From Thermoanaerobaculia bacterium (GTDB taxonomy: Bacteria > Acidobacteriota > Thermoanaerobaculia > UBA5066 > Gp7-AA6): 64,000 bases of DNA. Location of the stretch: assembly GCA_046716885.1 (NCBI GenBank), contig JBKJWL010000051.1:6489-70488 (forward strand), in the 5' to 3' direction. The notes under the pieces are model-generated. The model searched no databases and was not told the origin of the DNA. It worked only from the letters and a program-made list of their open reading frames with translations. This document shows positions 18,298 through 26,535 of this stretch, piece by piece (the stretch's first letter is position 1; each line of letters starts with the position of its first letter). The position numbers and the translations under genes are program-made.

Positions 18298-20124
18298 TCA
18301 GGGACGGGTGACGATCCGCGGTGAACCGGAGCGCGGCCCGGGACGCTCGGGGGCCTCGCGCGGGCTCCTCGCCTTGCCGACGGCGAAAAGCCGCCCGTAG
18401 TTCTGCGAATAGATGACGCCGTCGGCGCCGATCGAGAGCGGCGTGTAGGCGGCGCCCAGGGCGAAGTTGAGGAAGATCCGCTCGCGGATCGCGCCGCTCG
18501 GGCCGATCCCGTACAGGTATCCGTCCTCGGCGTTGGCGTAGGTCACGCCGGCCGAGTCGACCGCCGGCTGATTGACGCACCACTCGAAGCCGGTCTCGTC
18601 GTGCGGCGTGCAAACGAGGGATCCGTTCGGCTGCCGGACGCAGGCCTGGGTCTCCGTGTTCGTGTAGCTCCACTCGGGAACGAGGTCCGGGGACAGCGAC
18701 GTGATGTCGTACCGGGACGGGACGACCGGGCAGAAGTCCGGGTCGCCGCAGTACGTGCCGGTGTCGTAGCGGTTGTTCTTGAGCACGATCGAGTACGTGT
18801 CGCCGTGCGGGAAGACCGCGGGCGTGATGTCCCACCCGAAGTCCCAGGTCGCGAGGACGTTGCCGTTCGCGCTGAACTTGAAGAGGTGGCCGCGCGAGAA
18901 GTTGTAGCGGGTGATCGTCCCCTGGAGAATCGCGCCATCGGGGAGCACGACCGGAGAGGACGTCCCCAGGTCGCTGACGCGTCCGGCCGGGCGGTTGTTG
19001 GTCGCCGGATCCACACCCCGTGCCGCGCCCGAGCGGCAGCCGCCGGGCGTGCCGTTGGGAGGGAGCAGCACCTCGCACCCGTCGTTCAGGACGTCGCGAA
19101 ACGACGCCGCCCAGGCAGGCGTCAGGTCCGGCCGCACGGCGACGAGGTAGCCGTAGCGCTGGTTGGAGTGGGCGCGGCTGACCGTGTAAATCGTCCCGTC
19201 GGGCGCGACGGCCGGCACGACGTTCAAGCCCGGCCGCTGCGATCCGCAGGGAAAGAGCGGCGGCGCCGCCGTCGGCGTCGGCGGCCAGGGCAGGACGTCG
19301 TTCGAGAAGGACCCCTCGCAGAGGTCCGAGGCAGCCGGCGCTCCGGGCACGAGCGTCGCAAAATCGACGGACGCCGTCGCGTCATCGGGCGCGACCCGCA
19401 CGAGCCATCCTCCCCGCGCATTGGCGAGCGGATTGGCGGGATCCAGAGCGAGCGCGTTGTAGAACACGCTGCCGTCGGCGCCGGCCCCGAGTCCGCCGGC
19501 CACGTATCGCGCGGGGTCCAAGTCGGTGAACGGATTGATCCGGGCAAGCGGCGCACCTGTCGCCTTGTCGAGCTTGTGAACGGTTCCGCCGAGCCCCGGC
19601 ACGTACAGAAACCCTCCGGCGAGGACCGGAAGAAAGACCGGCTCCCAGACGGCGAGAGCCGCCGGCTCCGGCTTCCAATCGCTCTCGAAGGTCCAGACCT
19701 CCGCGAGGGCGCCGTCCTCCCAGCGCAGCTTCTTCACGTTCCAGATCTGCGTGCCCCAGGAGTCGCGCCCGCACGGAAACGGCAGGCCGCTCTCCGGCGG
19801 AACGCAGGACACGTAGGCGCCCGATTTGAACGTCATGTAGACGTCGCCGCCCTCGGTCAGAGGCACGGCGTAGTGGACGAGGAGGGAGCCGCCGCTCTCC
19901 GCCGTCTCTGCCCCGACGAACGGGTCGTAGACGATGTCGGCGAGGATCGACTCGAGCGGCTGGCCGAGCACGGGGGAGGCCCCGGTGTGCTGAGGATTTC
20001 GCCCCCACTGCGGCCAGTCGGGAGGCGGCGATCCGGCAGCGGGCAGCGCCAGCAGCAGCCCGGCCGCCAGACCGATCCACGGGACCCTCTTGCTCGGGAA
20101 CGGCCTTGCGAGGATCATGACCAC
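18298..20124 (-). CDS. Secreted PQQ-like/BamB-like beta-propeller repeat protein
   Basis: 608 aa (GTG 20124 or ATG 20118). Signal peptide ..WIGLAAGLLLALPAAG. DWPQWGRNPQHTG is the usual opening of PQQ-like repeat propellers. Repeated GG.LYV..LGGTVHKLD.ATG-type blades. Family call by eye. Confidence 0.6.
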   Translation of the reverse strand: MVMILARPFPSKRVPWIGLAAGLLLALPAAGSPPPDWPQWGRNPQHTGASPVLGQPLESILADIVYDPFVGAETAESGGSLLVHYAVPLTEGGDVYMTFKSGAYVSCVPPESGLPFPCGRDSWGTQIWNVKKLRWEDGALAEVWTFESDWKPEPAALAVWEPVFLPVLAGGFLYVPGLGGTVHKLDKATGAPLARINPFTDLDPARYVAGGLGAGADGSVFYNALALDPANPLANARGGWLVRVAPDDATASVDFATLVPGAPAASDLCEGSFSNDVLPWPPTPTAAPPLFPCGSQRPGLNVVPAVAPDGTIYTVSRAHSNQRYGYLVAVRPDLTPAWAASFRDVLNDGCEVLLPPNGTPGGCRSGAARGVDPATNNRPAGRVSDLGTSSPVVLPDGAILQGTITRYNFSRGHLFKFSANGNVLATWDFGWDITPAVFPHGDTYSIVLKNNRYDTGTYCGDPDFCPVVPSRYDITSLSPDLVPEWSYTNTETQACVRQPNGSLVCTPHDETGFEWCVNQPAVDSAGVTYANAEDGYLYGIGPSGAIRERIFLNFALGAAYTPLSIGADGVIYSQNYGRLFAVGKARSPREAPERPGPRSGSPRIVTRP

Positions 20125-20188
20125 GCATCATAGGCGCGCGGCGGGACCAGGGGAATTCAGACCGCTCGAAAGGGGTTTCTCCGGCAAC

Positions 20189-21103
20189 ATGCAGAGCAGA
20201 TTTCGCCGCCCGGGGAGAGTCTCGGCCCTTCTCGCCCTGGCGCTCGCCTCCGGCGCGGCAGCGCAGCAGTCGACCGCCCCGAGTCCCGCAGCCGCGAACA
20301 GCCCGCTCACCAGTCCCGGCAATGTCGTGTGGGCGAAGGACGCCGCCGAAGCGAAGGCGAGGGCCACGGCCGAGAAGAAGCTCATCTATTTCGAGTTCGT
20401 ACGCCCCGGGTGCGGCGACTGCCGCCGCATGCAGGCGCTTCTCTACCCCGCCCTCGACTTCGAGGCACTTCTGATCGGGATGGTCCCCGTCAAGCTCGAC
20501 CTCGACTCCGTCGAGGGCAAGCCGCTGGCAGAACGGTTCGAGATTCGCGATGTCCCCGCGGTGCTCATCACGACCCCGGAGGGGAGACTCGTGTTCCTGG
20601 TTCAGGGATTCAAGAACGCTCCCGACTTCTACAGCCACGTCCGGAAGGACCTGGACGGGTACCGCCAGTTCGCCCGGCGCGTCGAAGGCCAGGACGTCGC
20701 GACGCTGTCGGCCGACGAGGCGTACGCGACGGGCCGCGAGCTCTACGCGCGGCACGACATCGAGGCCGCTCGGCCGCGCTTGAAGCGCGCGACCGTGGCG
20801 GGGAACGCCAAGCCCGGAGTCCGCGAAAGCGCGCTCGAAGGACTGGCCGCCGCCGAACTCCAGCTCGGCCAGACGGCCGAGGCGCGCAAGACGATCGACA
20901 CCCTGATCGCAACGACCAGGAACCCCGAGCAGAAGGAACGCGCGGAGCTCTTCCGCGCCCAGATCCCGCTCTCCGAGAACAAGCCCGCCGAGGCGCTCGC
21001 CCTGTACAAGAAGTTCGCCAAAGACCATCCCGACTCCAAGCATCTCGACACCGTGCGCTCCTTCATCGAGCGCCTCGAGGCGCCACCGGCTCCTCCCAAA
21101 TGA
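20189..21103 (+). CDS. Exported thioredoxin-fold protein (CGDC active site) fused to TPR-like repeats
   Basis: ATG 20189 gives the signal peptide MQSRFRRPGRVSALLALALASGAAAQ (304 aa). LIYFEFVRPGCGDCRRM .. VPAVLITTPEG is thioredoxin-like. The C-terminal half consists of helical repeats. The stop overlaps the dsbD start (ATGA). Confidence 0.7.
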   Translation: MQSRFRRPGRVSALLALALASGAAAQQSTAPSPAAANSPLTSPGNVVWAKDAAEAKARATAEKKLIYFEFVRPGCGDCRRMQALLYPALDFEALLIGMVPVKLDLDSVEGKPLAERFEIRDVPAVLITTPEGRLVFLVQGFKNAPDFYSHVRKDLDGYRQFARRVEGQDVATLSADEAYATGRELYARHDIEAARPRLKRATVAGNAKPGVRESALEGLAAAELQLGQTAEARKTIDTLIATTRNPEQKERAELFRAQIPLSENKPAEALALYKKFAKDHPDSKHLDTVRSFIERLEAPPAPPK

Positions 21104-22848
21104 GACGCCTCGCCCTCGCGTTCGCGCTCGAGGCGATCGCGCTCGCGTCGGCTCTCGCGGCGCAGGCTCCGGATCCCGCCACACTTCTGACCGTCCACGC
21201 GTCGGTCCAGAGCGAGAGCGGCGGCGCCGGGCAGGGCATGCTCGTCCTGCGGTCGACGCTCGCCCCCGGCTGGCATGTCAACAGCCACCGACCCTCGGAG
21301 GAATATCTGATTCCGACGGCCGTGACGGTCGAGCCGGTCGCGGGTGTGACGATCGGCGAGCCCCGTTATCCGGACGGCAGGATGCTCAAGTTCTCGTTCT
21401 CGGAGACGCCGTTGTCCGTCTACGAGAAGGAGTTCGAAATCCGCGTCTCCGTCGCTTGGAACGGTACGGGGCCGGCTCCTCCCCTCTCGGGCTCGGTGGA
21501 CTTTCAGGCCTGCAACGACACGCAGTGCCTGGCGCCGGCCTCGGCCCCCTTCCGGACCGGTCCGCCGTCCTCGTCGGCCTCCGCCCCCGCGGGGCTCGCC
21601 CCGACGACGCTGACGGGCGGCGCCGTTCCGCTGTCCGAGGCGCGCCGTGTGTCGGCTTCGACGGCCGTCGCGGGCGGTTCCCGCGATTTCGGCGCCCTGC
21701 TCGAACGGCGCGGACTGTTCCTCGTCCTGCTCTCGATCTTCCTCGGAGGCCTGGCCCTGAACCTGACGCCGTGCGTGTATCCGGTCATCCCCTTGACGGT
21801 CGGCTTCTTCGGCCGAGCGGCGCAGGGATCGACCGGGCGCGCCTTCGGCCTCTCGACTCTCTACGTCCTCGGGATGGCGACGACCTACTCGGTTCTCGGG
21901 GTCGCCGCGGCGCTGTCGGGGAAGCTCTTCGGCGCCTTCCTCCAGAATCCTCTGGTGCTCGCGGGGATCGCCGCGATCCTGGTCGCCATGGCGCTGTCGA
22001 TGTTCGGCCTGTGGGAGATCCGTCTCCCGACCGCGCTGATGAACAAGGCGGGAGCGCGGCAGGGTCCGGCCGGCGCCTTCGGCATGGGGCTCTTCGTGGG
22101 CGTCGTCGCCGCGCCCTGCATCGGCGGCTTCATCGTCGGCCTCCTCGCCTTCGTGGCGGCCCGCCAGGACCCATGGCTCGGGTTCCTGTTCTTCTTCGTG
22201 CTCTCGCTCGGCCTCGGCCTCCCCTATCTGTTCCTGGGTGCCTTCTCGGGCAGCCTCTCCCGGCTGCCCCGCGCGGGCGCCTGGATGGAGTCGGTCAAGA
22301 AGGTCTTCGGCTGGATTCTGCTCGCCATGGCCGCGTACTTCCTGCGCAGCGTCGTGCCGGCGCCACTCGGGGCGTGGCTGCTGCCGGCGACTCTCGGAGT
22401 CGCGATCTTCGTCCTCCTCGTTCGCGGGCTCGGCCTCCCCTGGCCCGCGCGAGCGGCCGTGGCGGTCCTCTTCCTCGGGATCGCCGTCTTCTTCGTGCCG
22501 CGAACCCTCTCCGGCTGGCAGCCCTACGAAGCCGGGAAGTCCGCACGCTCCGGGCGCCCCGCCGTCATCGACTTCTCCGCCGAATGGTGCCTGCCCTGCC
22601 TGGAGCTGGAGAGGCGGACCCTCTCCGACGACCGCGTCCAGAAGGCGCTCGCGGGGCGCGAGCTCTATAAGGCCGACATGACGAGGGTGGCCTCGCCCGA
22701 CACCCTCGCCCTCGCAGAGAAGTTCGGGATCCTGGGCGTGCCCACGGTCATCTTTCTCGACGCGTCCGGACAGGAGCGCCAGGACCTGCGCCTGGTGGGA
22801 TTCGAGGACGCCGACGCGTTCCTGAAGCGGCTGGAGAAGGCGCCCTAA
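21100..22848 (+). CDS. dsbD: Thiol:disulfide interchange protein DsbD (N-terminal DsbD-alpha, CcdA-like membrane core, C-terminal thioredoxin)
   Basis: 582 aa. Signal peptide MRRLALAFALEAIALASALAAQA. VDFQACNDTQCLAP (alpha domain Cys pair), LTPCVYPVIPL and AAPCIGGFIVG (membrane Cys), FSAEWCLPCLELE (thioredoxin WCxxC). Confidence 0.85.
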   Translation: MRRLALAFALEAIALASALAAQAPDPATLLTVHASVQSESGGAGQGMLVLRSTLAPGWHVNSHRPSEEYLIPTAVTVEPVAGVTIGEPRYPDGRMLKFSFSETPLSVYEKEFEIRVSVAWNGTGPAPPLSGSVDFQACNDTQCLAPASAPFRTGPPSSSASAPAGLAPTTLTGGAVPLSEARRVSASTAVAGGSRDFGALLERRGLFLVLLSIFLGGLALNLTPCVYPVIPLTVGFFGRAAQGSTGRAFGLSTLYVLGMATTYSVLGVAAALSGKLFGAFLQNPLVLAGIAAILVAMALSMFGLWEIRLPTALMNKAGARQGPAGAFGMGLFVGVVAAPCIGGFIVGLLAFVAARQDPWLGFLFFFVLSLGLGLPYLFLGAFSGSLSRLPRAGAWMESVKKVFGWILLAMAAYFLRSVVPAPLGAWLLPATLGVAIFVLLVRGLGLPWPARAAVAVLFLGIAVFFVPRTLSGWQPYEAGKSARSGRPAVIDFSAEWCLPCLELERRTLSDDRVQKALAGRELYKADMTRVASPDTLALAEKFGILGVPTVIFLDASGQERQDLRLVGFEDADAFLKRLEKAP

Positions 22849-22861
22849 GGTCGGGACGGCA

Positions 22862-22879
22862 GTCGCGCTTTCGCGCGAC
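22862..22879. terminator. GC-rich hairpin between convergent dsbD and rnc (candidate bidirectional terminator)
   Basis: GTCGCGC-TTTC-GCGCGAC, a 7-bp perfect stem with a 4-nt loop, in the 35-nt gap between stops 22848 and 22884. No U tract. Confidence 0.3.
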
Positions 22880-22883
22880 AGGG

Positions 22884-23600
22884 TCACGCCGGAAGCCGGC
22901 CCAGCTTGTTGAGCGCGTCTTTGGCGGCCTTGCGCTGCGCCTCGCGCTTGGAAGATCCCCGCCCGTGGGCGAACGCCTCGCCGTCCCAGAGGAGCTCGAC
23001 GACGAAAGCCTTCTCGTGATCGGGGCCGGACTCCTCGACGACGCGGTACTCGGGCAGCGGCAGGCCGAGACTCTGCGCCGTTTCCTGGAGTGTGGTCTTG
23101 TAGTCGTGGAAGGAAAGGTCGCCGATGTCGATTCCCGAGACTTCGGCGTCGAACACCCGCCGCACGAAGGCCTCCGTCGCGGGCAGGCCTCCGTCCAGGT
23201 AGATCGCGGCCACGACCGCCTCGAACGCGTCGGCGAGCAGGGAGAGTTTCTCCGCGCCCCCCGATCGGGCCTCGCCGGCCCCCATCCGCAGGAACCGCCC
23301 GATCTCGAGGGCCCGCCCCTTGGCCGCCAGCATGGTGGCCGACACCAGATGGGCCTTGATCTTCGAGAGGGCGCCCTCCTGGAGGTTCGGGAAGGATCGA
23401 TAGATCATCTCGCCGATGACGAAGCCGAGCACAGCGTCGCCGAGAAACTCCAGGCGCTCGTTGTTGGGCGCCCGGACCTCCCGGATCTCGTTCGAATAGG
23501 ACTTGTGCGTGAGGGAGCGCTCGAGAAGATCGAGATCGCGGAACGTGTGCCCGAGCCTTTGCTGAAAGTCGGAGACCGTCTCCGTCGTGGCGCCGCTCAT
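22884..23600 (-). CDS. rnc: Ribonuclease III
   Basis: 238 aa. NERLEFLGDAVLG signature, C-terminal dsRBD (GPDHEKAFVVELLWDGE..GRGSSKREAQRKAAKDAL). The ATG lies 11 nt after the tRNA-Leu 3' end. Confidence 0.9.
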   Translation of the reverse strand: MSGATTETVSDFQQRLGHTFRDLDLLERSLTHKSYSNEIREVRAPNNERLEFLGDAVLGFVIGEMIYRSFPNLQEGALSKIKAHLVSATMLAAKGRALEIGRFLRMGAGEARSGGAEKLSLLADAFEAVVAAIYLDGGLPATEAFVRRVFDAEVSGIDIGDLSFHDYKTTLQETAQSLGLPLPEYRVVEESGPDHEKAFVVELLWDGEAFAHGRGSSKREAQRKAAKDALNKLGRLPA

Positions 23601-23611
23601 GTTCGGTTCAG

Positions 23612-23700
23612 TGGTGCCGGAGGCCGGAGTCGAACCGGCACGGGCCTTTGAGCCCTCGGGATTTTAAGTCCCGTGCGTCTACCAATTCCGCCACTCCGGC
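23612..23700 (-). tRNA. tRNA-Leu (anticodon UAA), class II long variable arm, CCA encoded
   Basis: Reverse complement: GCCGGAG TG GCGGAATTGGTAGACGC ACGGGA CTTAAAA TCCCG.. GGGCTCAAAGGCCC .. CCGGTTCGACTCCGG CCTCCGGC ACCA. Confidence 0.9.
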
Positions 23701-23817
23701 ATGAAGGGACGGGGGGTCGGAAAACGACAGGCGTAAGGAAGGAGAGGGTGGAGCAACTCGTTTTCGCATGAACGTCTGCCAACTCCCGTTTACCGTCTAC
23801 CGTCTTCGGGTTCGCTC

Positions 23818-23893
23818 TGGAGGCGACGGGCGGATTCGAACCGCCGAATAAAGGTTTTGCAGACCTCTCCCTTAACCACTTGGGTACGTCGCC
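23818..23893 (-). tRNA. tRNA-Cys (anticodon GCA), CCA encoded
   Basis: Reverse complement: GGCGACG TA CCCA AGTGGTTA AGGG A GAGGT CTGCAAA ACCTT TATTC GGCGG TTCGAAT CCGCC CGTCGCC TCCA. Confidence 0.85.
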
Positions 23894-23932
23894 GCAAGGC
23901 GCGATTCTACCGCAGCCTTCCGGGTCCCGGCC

Positions 23933-24541
23933 TCAGCGCGGGGCGTGGGCGTAGTCGCGGATCAGGCCGGTGACGACCCCCTGGATCGTCACGTCGCGAG
24001 CGTCCACTGTAATCGGTTTCATCACGGCGTTGGCGGGCTGCAGCCGTACGCGGGCGCCTTCGGCGTAGTAGCGCTTCAGGGTCGCCTCCCCACGCACGAG
24101 GGCGACGACCGTCTGCCCGCTCTCCGCCTTCTCCCGCCGAGCCACCACCACGTAGTCGCCGTCGAGGATGCCGTCGTCGACCATGGACTCGCCGCGCACG
24201 CGGAGCACGAAGTGGTCCCCTTTCCCCAGAAGCGTGGCGGGCACCTCCATCGACTCCTCCTGCGGAAAGGGCTCGATCGGGCGACCCGCCGCGATCAGGC
24301 CGAGCAGCGGCACGCCACGGGCGCCGGCGGGTTCCTCCCTGGGTGAGATCCCGCGGCTGCGATTCCACTGGCGGTCCAACGCTCCCTTCTCCTCGAGCCG
24401 TTTCAGATGCTTCTGCACGGTTCCGAAGGAGGAGAGCCGAAACCGCTCGCGAATCTCGCGCTGGGTCGGGGAGATGCCGTGCTCCAGCCTGTAGGCGCGG
24501 ATAAAATCGAGAAATTCCTTCTGCCGTTTTGTCAGGTTCAT
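23933..24541 (-). CDS. lexA: LexA repressor (SOS regulator, S24 peptidase)
   Basis: 202 aa. wHTH N-terminus (GISPTQREIRERFRLSSFGTVQKHLKRLEEKG), Ala-Gly cleavage site (LIAAGRPIEP), catalytic Ser (VRGESMVD) and Lys (GEATLKRY). Confidence 0.9.
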   Translation of the reverse strand: MNLTKRQKEFLDFIRAYRLEHGISPTQREIRERFRLSSFGTVQKHLKRLEEKGALDRQWNRSRGISPREEPAGARGVPLLGLIAAGRPIEPFPQEESMEVPATLLGKGDHFVLRVRGESMVDDGILDGDYVVVARREKAESGQTVVALVRGEATLKRYYAEGARVRLQPANAVMKPITVDARDVTIQGVVTGLIRDYAHAPR

Positions 24542-24547
24542 ATTTAT

Positions 24548-24583
24548 CCTAATTTAATTAGGAGAATCAGAAGCAAATCAGAA
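24548..24583. promoter_or_regulatory. AT-rich lexA/flavoprotein control region: palindrome CCTAATT-T-AATTAGG plus direct repeat AATCAGAA-N3-AATCAGAA
   Basis: Read directly. A 15-nt palindrome at 24548..24562 starts 7 nt upstream of the lexA ATG. 8-nt direct repeats lie at 24565-24572 and 24576-24583 (11-bp period). The segment is strikingly AT-rich in a ~70% G+C context. Confidence 0.35.
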
Positions 24584-24715
24584 ATAAATAAGGCCGAGGG
24601 AACCACCGCGGCTGCCCGCTGGCCATCTCGGGCAAGCCCATCGGCCTTGTTTTGGACTCTAGGCGCAAAAGGGGCGCAAGTCAAGCGGCAAGCGCGGCAC
24701 GGTTATCGTCCGACC

Positions 24716-25957
24716 GTGGCAAGCCGGCGGCGCGTCGCGGTGATCGGGGCCGGTGCGGCAGGCTCGATGGCAGCCCTGTTCTGCGCCTCCAGCGACGTCG
24801 AGACGCTGCTCCTCGAGCGCACGCCCGACGGGGGGCGCAAGATCCTGATCAGCGGCGGAGGGCGCTGCAACGTCCTGCCCGCCCGCTCGGACGAGTCGCG
24901 CTTCGTCACCGACTCTTCGCCCCACACCCTGCGCAAGATGCTGCGCTCGTGGCCCCTGCCCGACCAGATCCGCTTCTTCGAGACCGAGCTCGCGATCCCG
25001 CTGTCCGAGGAGACGGAGACCGGCAAGCTCTTCCCCGCTTCCAACCGCGCGCGCGACGTGCGCGACGGGCTCCTCGCCCTGGCGCGGCGGCGCGGCGTGG
25101 AATTCCTCGCCGGCTCGCTCGTGACCGGGCTCGAGCGCGGCGCCGGCCGCTGGCGCATCCTGCGCGAGGCGGCGCCTCCCCTCGAGGCCGACGCAGTCGT
25201 CGTCGCGACCGGAGGCCTCTCCGTGCCGAGGTCCGGAAGCGACGGGATGGGCCTCTCCATCCTCGAACGGCTCGGCCACACGCGCCACCCGACCTACGCC
25301 GCGCTGACGCCGCTCACCGCGGCGCCCTCTTCCTTCACCGCGCTTTCCGGCGTGTCCCTCCCGGTCGCCCTCTCAGCCCGCGGCGCCGATCGCAGAGCCG
25401 CGGCCGAGGGCGGGTTCCTGTTCACGCACCAGGGATACAGCGGGCCGGTGGTTTTGGATGTCTCGCACGTGGCCGTGCGCTCGCAGGCAGACGGCGGCCC
25501 GCCCGCGCGCCTGGCAGTCCGCTGGACGCGCCTCGACGAAAAGGGGTGGGAGGCGGCGCTGTCCCCGCAGGGTTCGCGCACGGTCGCCGGCGCGCTGCGC
25601 GTGGAGCTCCCCGAACGGCTCGCCGCCGCCCTCGCGGCAATCGCCGGGGTCGCCCCGTCGCGGACGCTGGCGCAGCTGCGCCGCGAGGAGCGCCTCCGCT
25701 TGGTCGAGACGCTCGTCCGCGGCGACCTGCCCTGGTCCGGGCACGGTGGCTACGAAAAGGCCGAGGTGACGGGCGGCGGAGTCAGCCTCGCCGAGGTCGA
25801 CCCGCGCACGATGGAGAGTCGCAAACAGCCGGGGCTCTTCCTGTGCGGCGAGTTGCTCGACGCCTTCGGCCCGATCGGCGGCTACAACTTCCAATGGGCG
25901 TGGGCGACGGGCCGCGCGGCGGGAATCGGCGCGGCGCAGCCGCCCCCGCGCAGGTGA
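24716..25957 (+). CDS. HI0933/BaiN-family NAD(P)/FAD-dependent flavoprotein
   Basis: A GTG at 24716 gives VASRRRVAVIGAGAAGSMAA (Rossmann GxGxxG). ILISGGGRCNV hallmark, C-terminal FLCGELLDAFGPIGGYNFQWAWATG. An in-frame TTG at 24647 is an alternative start. Confidence 0.8.
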   Translation: MASRRRVAVIGAGAAGSMAALFCASSDVETLLLERTPDGGRKILISGGGRCNVLPARSDESRFVTDSSPHTLRKMLRSWPLPDQIRFFETELAIPLSEETETGKLFPASNRARDVRDGLLALARRRGVEFLAGSLVTGLERGAGRWRILREAAPPLEADAVVVATGGLSVPRSGSDGMGLSILERLGHTRHPTYAALTPLTAAPSSFTALSGVSLPVALSARGADRRAAAEGGFLFTHQGYSGPVVLDVSHVAVRSQADGGPPARLAVRWTRLDEKGWEAALSPQGSRTVAGALRVELPERLAAALAAIAGVAPSRTLAQLRREERLRLVETLVRGDLPWSGHGGYEKAEVTGGGVSLAEVDPRTMESRKQPGLFLCGELLDAFGPIGGYNFQWAWATGRAAGIGAAQPPPRR

Positions 25958-26061
25958 CGCTCGGGACTCCCGGGGCGTCTTGACCGGCTCTCAAGGGCAA
26001 GAATTCGTGAACCGGCGGGCCCATACGTGGTAATCATGAGGCGACAAAGGGGGGTCCCGTC

Positions 26062-26514
26062 ATGCGCCTACCCGAACGGAAATTACCCCTGGCCCTTCTC
26101 GCCGCTGCCGCGGTCTTCGCGTTTCTCCCCCTGGGCTGCGACGACTCGAACGCGATCACCGCTCCCTCCTCGGTCACGGGCGCGAACCTGGCCGGGACCT
26201 GGGCCGGCACGTACTTGTCCAACGACTCTGCCCAGTGCGCCGCGGCGCCGGCCTCGGCCACGCTTCAGCAACAGGGTTCCCGCGTCACCGGGATCTTCAA
26301 GGCGGACTCCTGCGGCATCGCCGGATCCGTGAGCGGCACGGTGCAGGGAAACGTCTTCGTGGGCGAAGTGAACATGGCCGGCTGCACTGGGGGCGCCGTC
26401 TCGGGCACGATGAGCGGGGCGGGCCTGACCCTGAGCGTCGGAGAGTTCTACAAAGAACTGGTCACGGGAGACCAGGAAGTCCTGCCCGGCGGGTCGGTCA
26501 CGCTCCAGCGCTAG
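26062..26514 (+). CDS. Lipoprotein of unknown function
   Basis: 150 aa. Signal peptide plus lipobox (LLAAAAVFAFLPLGC). Gly/Ser/Thr-rich mature part with 4 Cys. Ends in three in-frame TAG codons (26512, 26518, 26524). Confidence 0.6.
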   Translation: MRLPERKLPLALLAAAAVFAFLPLGCDDSNAITAPSSVTGANLAGTWAGTYLSNDSAQCAAAPASATLQQQGSRVTGIFKADSCGIAGSVSGTVQGNVFVGEVNMAGCTGGAVSGTMSGAGLTLSVGEFYKELVTGDQEVLPGGSVTLQR

Positions 26515-26535
26515 CGCTAGCGCTAGGCGGCGCCT

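Noticed and set aside
23904-23909. TAGAAT hexamer upstream of tRNA-Cys, considered as a promoter feature
   Set aside because: No acceptable -35 at 16-19 nt spacing. It is kept only as a remark in the lexA-tRNA-rnc finding.
26510-26527. GCTAGC GCTAGC GCTAG tandem repeat, considered as a repeat element or operator
   Set aside because: It is only three hexamer units. It reads as three in-frame TAG stops (TAG CGC TAG CGC TAG) closing the lipoprotein gene. A curiosity (back-up stops), not evidence of a repeat family or CRISPR.
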